Assembly (NCBI GenBank): GCA_007128045.1
Contig: SKYG01000012.1
Coordinates: 1 to 37,526, forward strand
Length of the DNA: 37,526 bases
Direction of reading: 5' to 3'
Source of the DNA: Bacteroidales bacterium
GTDB lineage: Bacteria > Bacteroidota > Bacteroidia > Bacteroidales > UBA7960
Part shown: one piece after another, positions 24,371 to 33,934 of the stretch
Numbering within the stretch: position 1 is the first letter of the stretch
Layout: each line of letters starts with the position of its first letter
Position numbers and translations under genes: made by a program
Notes under the pieces: model-generated
Told to the model about the DNA's origin: nothing
What the model saw: only the letters and a program-made list of their open reading frames with translations
Database searches by the model: none

Positions 24371-26530
24371 ATGGCGAATACAAACAAAGAACATAATCCG
24401 GCTCCTGGCGCGAATGGAGAAAAAGGCAACCCTGGAGCTGGTGGCAAATCACCAAATAAAAAACCCGGTTTTAACTTTTACTGGGTTTATGCCATTCTGG
24501 CCATTGTATTTATTGGCTTGCAGCTTTTTAATTGGGGTGGCTCAGCTGTTGAAATTTCTCAGATGCGTTTTGAGAATGAGATGCTATTTGTCGGCGAGCA
24601 TGAGCAGAATGACATTGAAAAGCTCAAAATTATCAATCAGGAGATAGTGGAGGTGTTCATTAAACCCGATCGCCTGTCTAAAGAGAAATATGAAGACGCC
24701 ACCGTACATACCGGTTTAAGAGAGGCCACAACCCCACATTACGTGTTTCAGATTGCCTCCGTTGAAAATTTTGAGAATCTGGTACGTGAGGCTCAAAAAG
24801 ACAGACCTCGCGAAGAACGTTTCCCTGTATATCCTGAGACCCGTAAGAACTGGGGTGGAGACATCCTGAGCTGGTTATTGCCTATCGGGTTGCTGATTGC
24901 CTTTTGGATATTCATCATGCGTCGGATGGCTGGTGGAGGGCCTGGCGGGCAACTCTTCAACATTGGAAAAGCCAAGGCAACCCTGTTTGATAAAGACCTC
25001 CATGTGAACATCACATTTAAAGATGTTGCCGGCCTTGATGAAGCGAAGATTGAGCTCATGGAGATCGTTGACTTTCTGAAAAACCCCAAGAAATATACTG
25101 ACCTGGGCGGGCAAATACCAAAAGGGGCATTGCTCGTAGGCCCTCCGGGCACTGGAAAAACATTGCTGGCAAAAGCTGTTGCCGGTCAGGCACAGGTACC
25201 TTTTTTCTCATTGAGTGGCTCAGACTTTGTTGAGATGTTCGTGGGTGTTGGTGCATCCAGGGTACGTGACTTGTTTAAACAGGCCAAAGAGAAAGCTCCC
25301 TGTATCATCTTTATTGATGAGATTGATGCCATAGGCCGGGCTCGTGGTAAGAACCCGGTTACCGGAGCAAATGATGAAAGGGAAAATACATTGAACCAGC
25401 TGCTTACAGAGATGGATGGTTTTGGTACAAATGTAGGCGTAATCATTCTGGCAGCAACAAACCGTGCGGATATCTTAGACAGAGCGTTACTCAGGGCAGG
25501 ACGGTTTGACCGGCAGATTCAGGTGGAGATGCCAGACCTCGAAGAACGAAAAGCAATTTTTAAGGTTCATATGAAACCGCTAAAGCTGTCAGAAGAGGTA
25601 AGCTCTGACTTTCTCGCCAAACAAACACCTGGATTTTCAGGCGCTGATATTGCCAATGTGTGTAATGAAGCTGCTCTGATCGCTGCCAGAAAAAACAAGA
25701 AAATTATTGAACGCCAGGATTTTCTGGATGCAGTTGATCGCATTATTGGTGGACTGGAAAAAAGAAACAAAATTATTTCCCCTTTTGAGAAGAAGGTAAT
25801 TGCATACCATGAAGCTGGTCATGCTGCCATAAGCTGGCTCCTCGAACATGCACACCCATTGGTTAAAGTCACTATTGTGCCCCGGGGAAAAGCGCTTGGA
25901 GCAGCCTGGTATCTGCCCGAAGAACGACAAATCTCTACATTCGAGCAGATGTTCGATGAGATAACTGCCACATTGGGTGGCAGAGCCTCAGAAGACCTTA
26001 TTTTTGGCAAGGTTTCTACCGGGGCACTTAACGACCTGGAAAAGATTACCAAACAGGCATATGCTATGGTTGTTTATTTTGGACTGAATGCCAAAATTGG
26101 TAATGTAAGCTATTACGACTCCAGTGGTCAGAACGAATATGGTTTTACCAAACCGTATTCTGAAAATACCGCACAGACTATTGATGAAGAAGTCAGAGAA
26201 TTGATTGAAAAGGGCTATCTAAGGGCAAAGCAGATTTTGAAAGACAATCAGGAGAAGCTAGAGGCTTTAGCGACCTTGCTGCTTGAGAAAGAGGTGCTGT
26301 TCAGGGAAGACCTGGAGGCGATATTTGGTAAACGCCCTTATGATAAAGATGAGGATAACCTTCCGATGTCTAATACTGAAATACCTCCGGTAAATGTTGG
26401 TTTAAACAATGAAAATGAACAGCAACAGCAACAGGAACATGTAGATACCGATGCAAGTCATCATCCAGGAGAAGAACCAGATAACTCTTTAACTCCTAAG
26501 AATAGAACAGGAGAAGAACCGGTATCTTAA
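24371..26530 (+). CDS. ftsH: ATP-dependent zinc metalloprotease FtsH
   Basis: Two TMs, Walker A GPPGTGKT, Walker B IIFIDEID, SRH ALLRAGRFDR and HEAGH zinc motif. Confidence 0.98.
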   Translation: MANTNKEHNPAPGANGEKGNPGAGGKSPNKKPGFNFYWVYAILAIVFIGLQLFNWGGSAVEISQMRFENEMLFVGEHEQNDIEKLKIINQEIVEVFIKPDRLSKEKYEDATVHTGLREATTPHYVFQIASVENFENLVREAQKDRPREERFPVYPETRKNWGGDILSWLLPIGLLIAFWIFIMRRMAGGGPGGQLFNIGKAKATLFDKDLHVNITFKDVAGLDEAKIELMEIVDFLKNPKKYTDLGGQIPKGALLVGPPGTGKTLLAKAVAGQAQVPFFSLSGSDFVEMFVGVGASRVRDLFKQAKEKAPCIIFIDEIDAIGRARGKNPVTGANDERENTLNQLLTEMDGFGTNVGVIILAATNRADILDRALLRAGRFDRQIQVEMPDLEERKAIFKVHMKPLKLSEEVSSDFLAKQTPGFSGADIANVCNEAALIAARKNKKIIERQDFLDAVDRIIGGLEKRNKIISPFEKKVIAYHEAGHAAISWLLEHAHPLVKVTIVPRGKALGAAWYLPEERQISTFEQMFDEITATLGGRASEDLIFGKVSTGALNDLEKITKQAYAMVVYFGLNAKIGNVSYYDSSGQNEYGFTKPYSENTAQTIDEEVRELIEKGYLRAKQILKDNQEKLEALATLLLEKEVLFREDLEAIFGKRPYDKDEDNLPMSNTEIPPVNVGLNNENEQQQQQEHVDTDASHHPGEEPDNSLTPKNRTGEEPVS

Positions 26531-26542
26531 ATATATCAGGTG

Positions 26543-27190
26543 ATGAAGGAGTCAACCCAAAAGGAAAAAGTCCTGAAAAACGTAAGGGATGCCTTGGTAA
26601 ATGCCATGGATGTGCCTTTCAAAGATGTTGATATGGACAAGGAAGTTTACTTTCAACCGGCACCAGATTCACTTGACATTGTATTTGCAGAAGAATTTTC
26701 AAAGTCTAATGGCAAGTTTATATATTGTGCCAATACTGATGAGCTGGTCAATGCTTTGATAGGCTTGTTGCGTGAGAGAAGTATTAAAAGCTTGTTTTGT
26801 GCCGATGATTTTTTCGATGGATTGTTGGAAGAGTATGGCATCACATGTTATTATAATACAGATGATATCGCTCGGTGTGAAGCCTCAATCACTACGTGCG
26901 AGGTACTGTTAAGCAGGCTCGGCTCGATCATGGTAAGCAGCAAGCATGGCAATGGCCGCCAGGGCGCTATCTTTCCTCCTGTGCATATTGTAGTGGCCTC
27001 AACCAGGCAGCTTGTAAAAGATATCAACGAAGCATTTCAATTTTTGTATAAAAGATATGGCTCCTCCTGGCCTTCTATGATAAGCCTAATTACAGGGCCG
27101 AGTCGTACTGCAGAGATTGAGGGCACACTGGTTCATGGCGCACATGGTCCTAAAGATATATTTCTTTTTCTGCTTGATGCGGATGGCTAA
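26543..27190 (+). CDS. LUD domain (LutC/YkgG-like) protein
   Basis: PPVHIV and LITGPSRTAEIE..LVHGAHGPK. Confidence 0.9.
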   Translation: MKESTQKEKVLKNVRDALVNAMDVPFKDVDMDKEVYFQPAPDSLDIVFAEEFSKSNGKFIYCANTDELVNALIGLLRERSIKSLFCADDFFDGLLEEYGITCYYNTDDIARCEASITTCEVLLSRLGSIMVSSKHGNGRQGAIFPPVHIVVASTRQLVKDINEAFQFLYKRYGSSWPSMISLITGPSRTAEIEGTLVHGAHGPKDIFLFLLDADG

Positions 27191-27195
27191 TACAA

Positions 27196-27408
27196 ATGAA
27201 GATGGATGATAAAGACTGGCAAAAAATATACAGCTCAGCCTATGAGCATAAAGTGGAAATTGTTAAAGCAGTGCTTGAGGATATGGGTATACATAGCGTA
27301 ATCATCAATAAAAAAGACTCAGCCTACTTATTTGGTGAACTGGAACTCTACGTGCAAGCTGATTATGTGATTCGCGCCAAAGCCATTATAAATAAAGAAA
27401 CGCTTTGA
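27196..27408 (+). CDS. DUF2007-type small putative signal-transducing protein
   Basis: WQKIY...EIVKAVLED.GI.SVIINKKDS.Y.FGELELYV; coupled to cdsA by a TTGA overlap. Confidence 0.75.
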   Translation: MKMDDKDWQKIYSSAYEHKVEIVKAVLEDMGIHSVIINKKDSAYLFGELELYVQADYVIRAKAIINKETL

Positions 27409-28223
27409 ATAATCTGGTAAAACGCACCATTACAGGTATCGTATTCGTACTATTGATAGTTGGCTCTATAATTGCTGACCGTCATCTGTTCTCATTGCTG
27501 TTTGTATTCATTACAGCCATGGGTTTATGGGAATTTTATACCCTCGTAGAAAAGGCCGGTATCTCACCCAATAAGTTTGCAGGGCTTATGGCCGGTATAT
27601 TCCTTTTTGCCTCCAATGCTATGATAGCTTTGAATATTGCGCCCAGGGAGATTCAAATGGGTAACTTTGTCCTGATATTTCTGATTTTCCTGTTCGAGCT
27701 GTATAGAAAACTCCCCAACCCGTTTACCAACATTGCATTTACATTATTCGGCATATTATATGTCGCCGTACCCTTCTCACTGTTAAACTTTTTCCCCAAT
27801 CCTGTGTTCCTCCCGGGTGTTTACAATCATAAGTTGTTGCTCGGGTTCTTTTTCCTGATATGGATCAACGAAACCGGAGCTTTTCTTGTAGGTACTGCTA
27901 TAGGGCGAAGAAGGTTGTTTGAACGTGTGTCTCCAAAAAAAACGTGGGAAGGATTCTTTGGCGGAGGCGTTCTTTCTATCATCACCGCGGTGATCCTGGC
28001 AAGATTCTACACCCAGATCATGACTGTAGATTGGGTGATCATAGCTGTTATTGTGGTGATTTGCAGTACCTATGGTGACTTGTTTGAATCTATGTTCAAG
28101 AGAAGTATAAATGCCAAGGACAGTGGAACAATTCTGCCAGGACATGGTGGAATTCTCGATCGTTTCGATGGGGTGATCATGGCTGCGCCCTTTGTTTTCG
28201 TATATCTTACATTATTCTATTGA
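27405..28223 (+). CDS. cdsA: Phosphatidate cytidylyltransferase
   Basis: Polytopic membrane protein with SPKKTWEG and GDLFESMFKR...KDSG.ILPGHGGILDRFD. Confidence 0.96.
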   Translation: MNNLVKRTITGIVFVLLIVGSIIADRHLFSLLFVFITAMGLWEFYTLVEKAGISPNKFAGLMAGIFLFASNAMIALNIAPREIQMGNFVLIFLIFLFELYRKLPNPFTNIAFTLFGILYVAVPFSLLNFFPNPVFLPGVYNHKLLLGFFFLIWINETGAFLVGTAIGRRRLFERVSPKKTWEGFFGGGVLSIITAVILARFYTQIMTVDWVIIAVIVVICSTYGDLFESMFKRSINAKDSGTILPGHGGILDRFDGVIMAAPFVFVYLTLFY

Positions 28224-28234
28224 AAATTTTATCT

Positions 28235-28894
28235 ATGACCATCCATAAAGAAGGGTATAAAATAATTTCTGTTAGCCTGATCGCTGTAGTAAGCCTGATC
28301 GTTATTTTTCGTATGCTTTTATTTCCTGTTCTCTCTGGATGGCATTGGTTGATATACGGCGGTTTGCTGGTGTTATTATTTGGGATTGTCTATTTTTTCA
28401 GATTGCCGTCAAGAATTTTTCATACTGACCCGGCTAAGGTGTTGAGTCCTGCTGATGGAAAGGTAGTAATTGTTGAAGAAACAATGGAACATGAGTATTT
28501 TAAACAGCCAATGCAACAGGTTTCCGTATTTATGTCTCCGATAAATGTGCATGTAAACCTATACCCGGTCTCAGGTAAAATTATTTACAGCAAATACCAT
28601 CCCGGTAAGTTCCTGGTGGCCTGGCATCCCAAATCAAGTACCTTGAATGAGAGAATGAGTATAGCCATCCAAACAAATGATAATAAGGATGTTATGATAC
28701 GACAGATCGCTGGACTACTTGCACGGCGTATCGTTTGTTACAGCACGGAGCACCAGGCTGTGGAACAGTGCCAGGAGCTAGGCTTTATTAAATTCGGATC
28801 CAGAGTAGATGTGTTCCTGCCATTGAGTAGCAAGATACTCGTTAAACCCGGTGATAAGGTTACTGGTGGCATTACTGCATTGGCATCCCTGTAA
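28235..28894 (+). CDS. psd: Phosphatidylserine decarboxylase family proenzyme (alternative TTG start 28220)
   Basis: FFR.P.R, SPADGKV, VFMSP.NVHVN, QIAG..ARRI and self-cleavage motif GFIKFGSRVD. Confidence 0.93.
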   Translation: MTIHKEGYKIISVSLIAVVSLIVIFRMLLFPVLSGWHWLIYGGLLVLLFGIVYFFRLPSRIFHTDPAKVLSPADGKVVIVEETMEHEYFKQPMQQVSVFMSPINVHVNLYPVSGKIIYSKYHPGKFLVAWHPKSSTLNERMSIAIQTNDNKDVMIRQIAGLLARRIVCYSTEHQAVEQCQELGFIKFGSRVDVFLPLSSKILVKPGDKVTGGITALASL

Positions 28895-29034
28895 TTTTTG
28901 TTTGGCTTAAGCAGTTCCAGGGGTGGGGGGTATACCTGGTATATCGACCATACCGAATTCATACACTTTATTTGTACAATCATACCGGTTAACGAAACCA
29001 TACCATTGTTCCGTCAGGCTAACCAATTATTTCG

Positions 29035-29042
29035 TATTTTTG
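29035..29042 (+). promoter_or_regulatory. -7 promoter element TATTTTTG for recQ
   Basis: Exact TAnnTTTG about 42 bp upstream of the ATG. Confidence 0.45.
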
Positions 29043-29084
29043 ATATATAAAAATACTACATGATTGCTATACGTATGATGTAAT

Positions 29085-30998
29085 ATGGAATTAAACCTGC
29101 AGTCGGTCTTGTTAAAACATTGGGGCTATGCGTCTTTCCGGCCACTTCAGGAAGATATTATCCGGTCTGTGCTCGAAAACCACGATACCCTGGCCTTACT
29201 GCCTACCGGTGGTGGTAAGTCCATATGCTACCAGGTACCTGCACTGGTAAGGGATGGAATATGCATCGTGGTAACCCCACTCATTGCCCTGATGAAGGAT
29301 CAGATCCAAGCCTTGAAAAACAAGGGAATCCCAGCAGTGGGAGTATACCACGGTCTGAGTAAAATGGAACTCGACATCGCCATCGACAATTGCGTATATG
29401 GACAAGTAAAGTTTTTGTATTTGAGTCCGGAACGCCTGACCACCGACCTCATACGCAGCCGTATACAAAAGATGAAGGTAAACCTGCTGGCTGTAGATGA
29501 AGCGCATTGTATCTCGCAATGGGGGTATGATTTCCGGCCTCCTTATCTGCGTATTGCTGAGATACGTGAGTTTATTCCTGCCACACCGGTCATCGCACTA
29601 ACTGCCACTGCCACTGTAAATGTTGTCGGAGATATTCAGGAAAAGCTTGCCTTTAAAGATCAGAAGGTTTTTAGAAAAAGCTTTGAAAGAAAAAACCTGA
29701 CTTACATGGTGTTCCATGAAGAAGACAAGCTGGGACGCTTGCTCAAGATTTGTCAGAAGCAAACCGGAGTTGGAATCGTGTATGTCAGAAATCGTAAAAA
29801 AACACGGGAAATATCGGAATTTCTAAAAAACAACCAGGTTGCGGCTGATTATTACCATGCCGGTCTGACTACCATGGAGCGAGACCTTAAGCAGAATGCC
29901 TGGATGAAAGAACGCACCCGCGTAATCGTTTCTACCAATGCCTTTGGCATGGGCATTGACAAACCCAATGTACGTTTTGTGGTTCATATGGATTTGCCAG
30001 ACAGCCCGGAAGCCTATTTTCAGGAAGCAGGAAGGGCTGGAAGGGATGAGAAAAAAGCGTTTGCAGTACTGTTATATAATAATTCCGACATCATTGATCT
30101 GAAGAAGTCACATGAGCAGTCATTTCCATCGGTCGATTATATCAAGCTGGTATATAACTGCCTGGGTAACTACTTTCAGTTGGCACAAGGCAGCGGCAGA
30201 GATCAAAGCTTGGAGTTTGACCTGATAGCATTCTCCGCTAATTATGACCTGGATCCAATTCTGGTATTCAACGCGATGAAATTTCTTGAAAAAGACGGCT
30301 ACCTGGCCCTCTCGGAAGCCATGACCAACCCCTCAAGAATACTCTTTACCCTTGACAAAGAAGATTTATATCGCTTCCAGGTCGCAAACCCCAGATATGA
30401 TGCTTTTGTGAAATTGCTTTTAAGATCATACCCCGGACTATTTACTGAATTTGTCAAAATACGCGAACAAGATGTAGCTAATCGGGCAAATATTACCGTC
30501 GAACAAACGGAAAAGATACTGAATGAACTGCATAGGATGAATATTCTACAGTACGAAAAACAAAACAAAAAGCCATTAATAACCTGGGTCGAAGAAAGAA
30601 TTTCATCAGATAGCCTGAGAATATCAAAAGAAAACCATGCCGAAAGAAGGCAGTTTGCCAGAAAAAGACTTGATGCCATGGTAGAATACGTGCAGTCATC
30701 CCATACCTGCAGAAGTATATTCCTCCTGGCATATTTTGGAGAAAGAAAAACCATGAAGTGCGGACAGTGTGATGTTTGCCTGGATATCCGGGAGCTTAAG
30801 TTGAGTGACCTGGAATTTGATACGTTGCGTCAAATGATCCGAAAAACACTTACTGTTCAGAGTTACAGACTGGAAGAATTGGTTGAGGTTCTTCCTACAA
30901 CTATAACTGAAAAGAAGATTCTTAAGGTTATTCGCTGGCTTAAAGACCATGGAAGTATCCCTGAAGAACCTGATGGAAAACTTCGCTGGCAGGATTAA
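29085..30998 (+). CDS. RecQ family ATP-dependent DNA helicase (no evident HRDC domain)
   Basis: LPTGGGKS, VDEAHC.SQWG.DFRP, QEAGRAGRD and zinc site CRS...CGQCDVC. Confidence 0.95.
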   Translation: MELNLQSVLLKHWGYASFRPLQEDIIRSVLENHDTLALLPTGGGKSICYQVPALVRDGICIVVTPLIALMKDQIQALKNKGIPAVGVYHGLSKMELDIAIDNCVYGQVKFLYLSPERLTTDLIRSRIQKMKVNLLAVDEAHCISQWGYDFRPPYLRIAEIREFIPATPVIALTATATVNVVGDIQEKLAFKDQKVFRKSFERKNLTYMVFHEEDKLGRLLKICQKQTGVGIVYVRNRKKTREISEFLKNNQVAADYYHAGLTTMERDLKQNAWMKERTRVIVSTNAFGMGIDKPNVRFVVHMDLPDSPEAYFQEAGRAGRDEKKAFAVLLYNNSDIIDLKKSHEQSFPSVDYIKLVYNCLGNYFQLAQGSGRDQSLEFDLIAFSANYDLDPILVFNAMKFLEKDGYLALSEAMTNPSRILFTLDKEDLYRFQVANPRYDAFVKLLLRSYPGLFTEFVKIREQDVANRANITVEQTEKILNELHRMNILQYEKQNKKPLITWVEERISSDSLRISKENHAERRQFARKRLDAMVEYVQSSHTCRSIFLLAYFGERKTMKCGQCDVCLDIRELKLSDLEFDTLRQMIRKTLTVQSYRLEELVEVLPTTITEKKILKVIRWLKDHGSIPEEPDGKLRWQD

Positions 30999-31009
30999 CC
31001 CGATGCTGT

Positions 31010-31041
31010 TGTTGAATTGTTGAGTTGTTGAATTGTTGAAT
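31010..31041. repeat. (TGTTGAAT)x4 octamer array
   Basis: TGTTGAAT TGTTGAGT TGTTGAAT TGTTGAAT, 11 bp after the recQ stop. Confidence 0.9.
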
Positions 31042-31101
31042 GATTTGGCAGAAGGTTCTGGGTTGAGGCATCCGAATTTTGTAAGGGCAGTACATGCTCT
31101 G

Positions 31102-31287
31102 TTATAAAATCCTGTTGCTGTTTTTGGCATCAGGGTTCAGTGGACAGTCAGTACAATCACTGCTGCAGCCATCACAGTCCGCTGCTTTTTGCGTTGTTCT
31201 TTGTATCGTTTTTGCAATCTTTACCACGGCATATACCAATGCAGCGCACACAATCAATCCGGTAAGTATCCATTGCCACATAATCAT
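31102..31287 (-). CDS. FeoB-associated Cys-rich membrane protein (start 31287 or 31281)
   Basis: N-terminal TM followed by CDGCSSDCTDCPL; begins immediately after the feoB stop. Confidence 0.85.
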   Translation of the reverse strand: MIMWQWILTGLIVCAALVYAVVKIAKTIQRTTQKAADCDGCSSDCTDCPLNPDAKNSNRIL

Positions 31288-31288
31288 C

Positions 31289-33826
31289 CTAATTAAAAAA
31301 AAGAATACCAAGTTGATACACAAAAAATGAAACCATCCAGGCAACGGCTGTGGTGTAAACCATTGTGAATAACCCCCACTTCCAGTGTCCTGACTCCCTG
31401 CTTATGGCGGCAATAACACCAACACATGGAAAATACAGCAACACGAACATCATGAATGACAGCGCCACCAATGGGGTAAAGACTGGTTGACCTTTTTTGG
31501 GGCCGGAAGGGTACGTTTGATTTTGTATCTTCTCTATCAATGAAGGGGTATGGGTCTGAACATTTTCATCAATATGATACAACACGCCAAGGGTACTTAC
31601 CACGATTTCTTTTGCGGCAACACCTGAAATGATGCTGATGGTCATTTTCCAGTCAAAGCCCAATGGTGCCATGAGTGGCTGAACGGCCTTCCCAATTTGT
31701 CCGATATAACTGCTTTGCTGACGCTCAACCATGGCAGAATACTCAACTTCATGGATTTCTCTTTCCTTTTGTTGCTTCAAAACCGTCAAAGCTGCTGAAT
31801 CAGAAGAATCTGTCATTAAAAGCTTTTCTGTGTAGGCTTGCTCGACAGAAAGTTTCTTAGTTTCCATCATAGCAGATGTTTTTCCTCCATGGGGGAAATA
31901 TCCCAATGCCCAGATAATTATGGAGGCTACCAATATGACGCCACTGATCTTTCTTAGGTACTGTACTGCTTTGCTCCACATGTGTATGGTTATCGATTTT
32001 GTCGTTGGTATTCTGTATGGAGGCAACTCCATTACGAATGGAACCTCTTCGGAACGAAACAGCGTGCGTTTGAACAATACGGCAATACCTATGGCAACTA
32101 CTACTCCGGTACCGTAAATGAGGAATAGCAATGTTCCCTGGTATTCAGAGAAGAATGCGCTGATAAATAAAACATATATAGGCAATCTGGCACTGCACGA
32201 CATAAATGGATTGATCAACATGGTGAGCATGCGGTCATTACGGTTTGCCAATGTACGTGTAGCCATTATTGCCGGTACATTGCACCCAAAACCCATTAAT
32301 AGTGGTATAAATGACTTGCCATGCAGACCGATTTTATGCATCAGCTTGTCCATGATAAAGACAGCCCTCGACATATATCCGGAATCCTCCATTAAACTGA
32401 TGAAGAAAAACAATAGCATAATGTTTGGCAAGAACACAATAACGCCCCCCACACCTCCAACAATACCGTTTATTGATAAGTCTTTTAACGGCCCGGGCCT
32501 GATGTTCTCTTCAAGGTATCCGGAAAAGGCCCCCATGCCTGCTTCTATCCACTCCATCGGATAATTCCCGAGCTTAAACGTAGCTGTAAACATCAACCAC
32601 ATAAAAAAGAGAAATATAGGAAATCCGAGCAATCGATGTGTTATCAGGCTATCAATGGTCTGGCTTTTCCTGATACGAGCAGAAGGGGCATGCTTGTATG
32701 TCTCTTTCAGTGCCCCGGCAATGAATCCGTACTTGAGATCGGTAGAGATAGTCTCAGGGGTTTCGTTAAATTCTTTCTCCAGCCTTTTGGCCTCCTGCCT
32801 GGCAACAAATACAATTTCTTCATGGTTATGACAATTTGTCATCACCTTTTTAATGGCCTCTTTGTCGTTTTCTAACAATCGAATAGCCAGAAACCTTGAT
32901 GATATCAGGTCGGTGAGGTGTTGATTGCCCTCCCGGTTAATCACATTCTGTATCTCGTGAATGGATTGCTCAACAAACGTTCCGTAATTGATATGAATAT
33001 GCCGTACCGTTTCATTGCGCCCCTCATATACCTCAATAACTTTAGTGAATGTTTCCCGGATACCAATACTTTTAGAACTAACTGCAGGAATAATAGGTAT
33101 CCCTAACATCTTTCCCAAAGTCTCGTAATCGAAAATATCTCCTTTTTTTTCCAGCTCATCGTACATGTTAAGCACCATAATAACCCTGATATCCATGTCG
33201 ATAAGTTGGGTGGTCAGGTAAAGATTACGCTCCAGGTTGGAGGCATCGACTACATTGATCACCACATCAGGTATTTTTTCTGATATATATTTTTGTACAA
33301 AGAGTTCTTCCGGAGTATATGCTGAAATAGAATAAGTGCCTGGCAGGTCAGTAATATTGATTTTATACCCTTCATGGAAGAACTTAGCCTCCTTGGCATC
33401 GACAGTTACACCACTATAATTTCCTACACGTTCCCTGGAGCCGCTTGCATGGTTGAAAAAAGTCGTCTTCCCACTATTGGGATTACCCACCAATGCTACA
33501 TTGATTACTTTTTCAGGGCGATGTAAACTATTTCCGGTTTTTTCGCTGAAAAATGTACCGTCAAAAGGAACGTCTGCGTACTTGTGCTGATCATCGACGG
33601 GTGTGACCTCGATAAGTTGCGCTTCACTGCTTCTCAGGGATACATTATACCCCATGATGCTATACTCTATAGGATCCTGAAGGGGGGCTTTCTTTATGAC
33701 CTCTACCGTCTTGCCGGTTACAAAACCCATCTCAATGATCCTTCTGCGAAAAGCTCCGCGGCCACGTACCTTTAAAATAATGCCTCTTTCGCTGTTTTGA
33801 AGGTCCAGCAGGGTCATAACTCGCAT
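31289..33826 (-). CDS. feoB: Ferrous iron transporter FeoB with fused N-terminal FeoA domain (alternative start 33817)
   Basis: FeoA-like RRRIIEMGF...APLQDPI, G motifs GNPNSGKT, GVTV, DLPG and NMYD, and Gate motifs GFGCNVPA, PFMSCSARLP and LYFPC. Confidence 0.97.
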   Translation of the reverse strand: MRVMTLLDLQNSERGIILKVRGRGAFRRRIIEMGFVTGKTVEVIKKAPLQDPIEYSIMGYNVSLRSSEAQLIEVTPVDDQHKYADVPFDGTFFSEKTGNSLHRPEKVINVALVGNPNSGKTTFFNHASGSRERVGNYSGVTVDAKEAKFFHEGYKINITDLPGTYSISAYTPEELFVQKYISEKIPDVVINVVDASNLERNLYLTTQLIDMDIRVIMVLNMYDELEKKGDIFDYETLGKMLGIPIIPAVSSKSIGIRETFTKVIEVYEGRNETVRHIHINYGTFVEQSIHEIQNVINREGNQHLTDLISSRFLAIRLLENDKEAIKKVMTNCHNHEEIVFVARQEAKRLEKEFNETPETISTDLKYGFIAGALKETYKHAPSARIRKSQTIDSLITHRLLGFPIFLFFMWLMFTATFKLGNYPMEWIEAGMGAFSGYLEENIRPGPLKDLSINGIVGGVGGVIVFLPNIMLLFFFISLMEDSGYMSRAVFIMDKLMHKIGLHGKSFIPLLMGFGCNVPAIMATRTLANRNDRMLTMLINPFMSCSARLPIYVLFISAFFSEYQGTLLFLIYGTGVVVAIGIAVLFKRTLFRSEEVPFVMELPPYRIPTTKSITIHMWSKAVQYLRKISGVILVASIIIWALGYFPHGGKTSAMMETKKLSVEQAYTEKLLMTDSSDSAALTVLKQQKEREIHEVEYSAMVERQQSSYIGQIGKAVQPLMAPLGFDWKMTISIISGVAAKEIVVSTLGVLYHIDENVQTHTPSLIEKIQNQTYPSGPKKGQPVFTPLVALSFMMFVLLYFPCVGVIAAISRESGHWKWGLFTMVYTTAVAWMVSFFVYQLGILFFN

Positions 33827-33836
33827 TCCTGTGTTT

Positions 33837-33855
33837 ATTAAGATTTATTATAAAT
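33837..33855. promoter_or_regulatory. Putative iron-regulator (Fur-type) operator ATTAAGATTTATTATAAAT
   Basis: Imperfect palindrome between the feoB -7 box and start codon; 15/19 match to ATTTAGAATAATTCTAAAT, a Bacteroidota iron box recalled from memory. Confidence 0.55.
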
Positions 33856-33859
33856 ACCG

Positions 33860-33878
33860 CAAAGGTAAATTATTTTTG
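33860..33878. promoter_or_regulatory. Back-to-back -7 elements: TACCTTTG (minus, 33860-33867, feoB) and TATTTTTG (plus, 33871-33878, glgB)
   Basis: Two exact TAnnTTTG boxes 3 bp apart in the divergent spacer. Confidence 0.5.
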
Positions 33879-33934
33879 GCAAATGAAGGAATTGGGTTAA
33901 TTTTACATACCATACACACAAAAATAAGATTACC

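Noticed and set aside
26340-26530. Gln/Glu-rich FtsH tail (QQQQQ)
   Set aside because: Variable low-complexity C-terminal tails are ordinary in FtsH.
31288-31344. N-terminal extension of the Cys-rich peptide
   Set aside because: It overlaps the feoB 3' end; the coupled ATG at 31287 or 31281 is more plausible.
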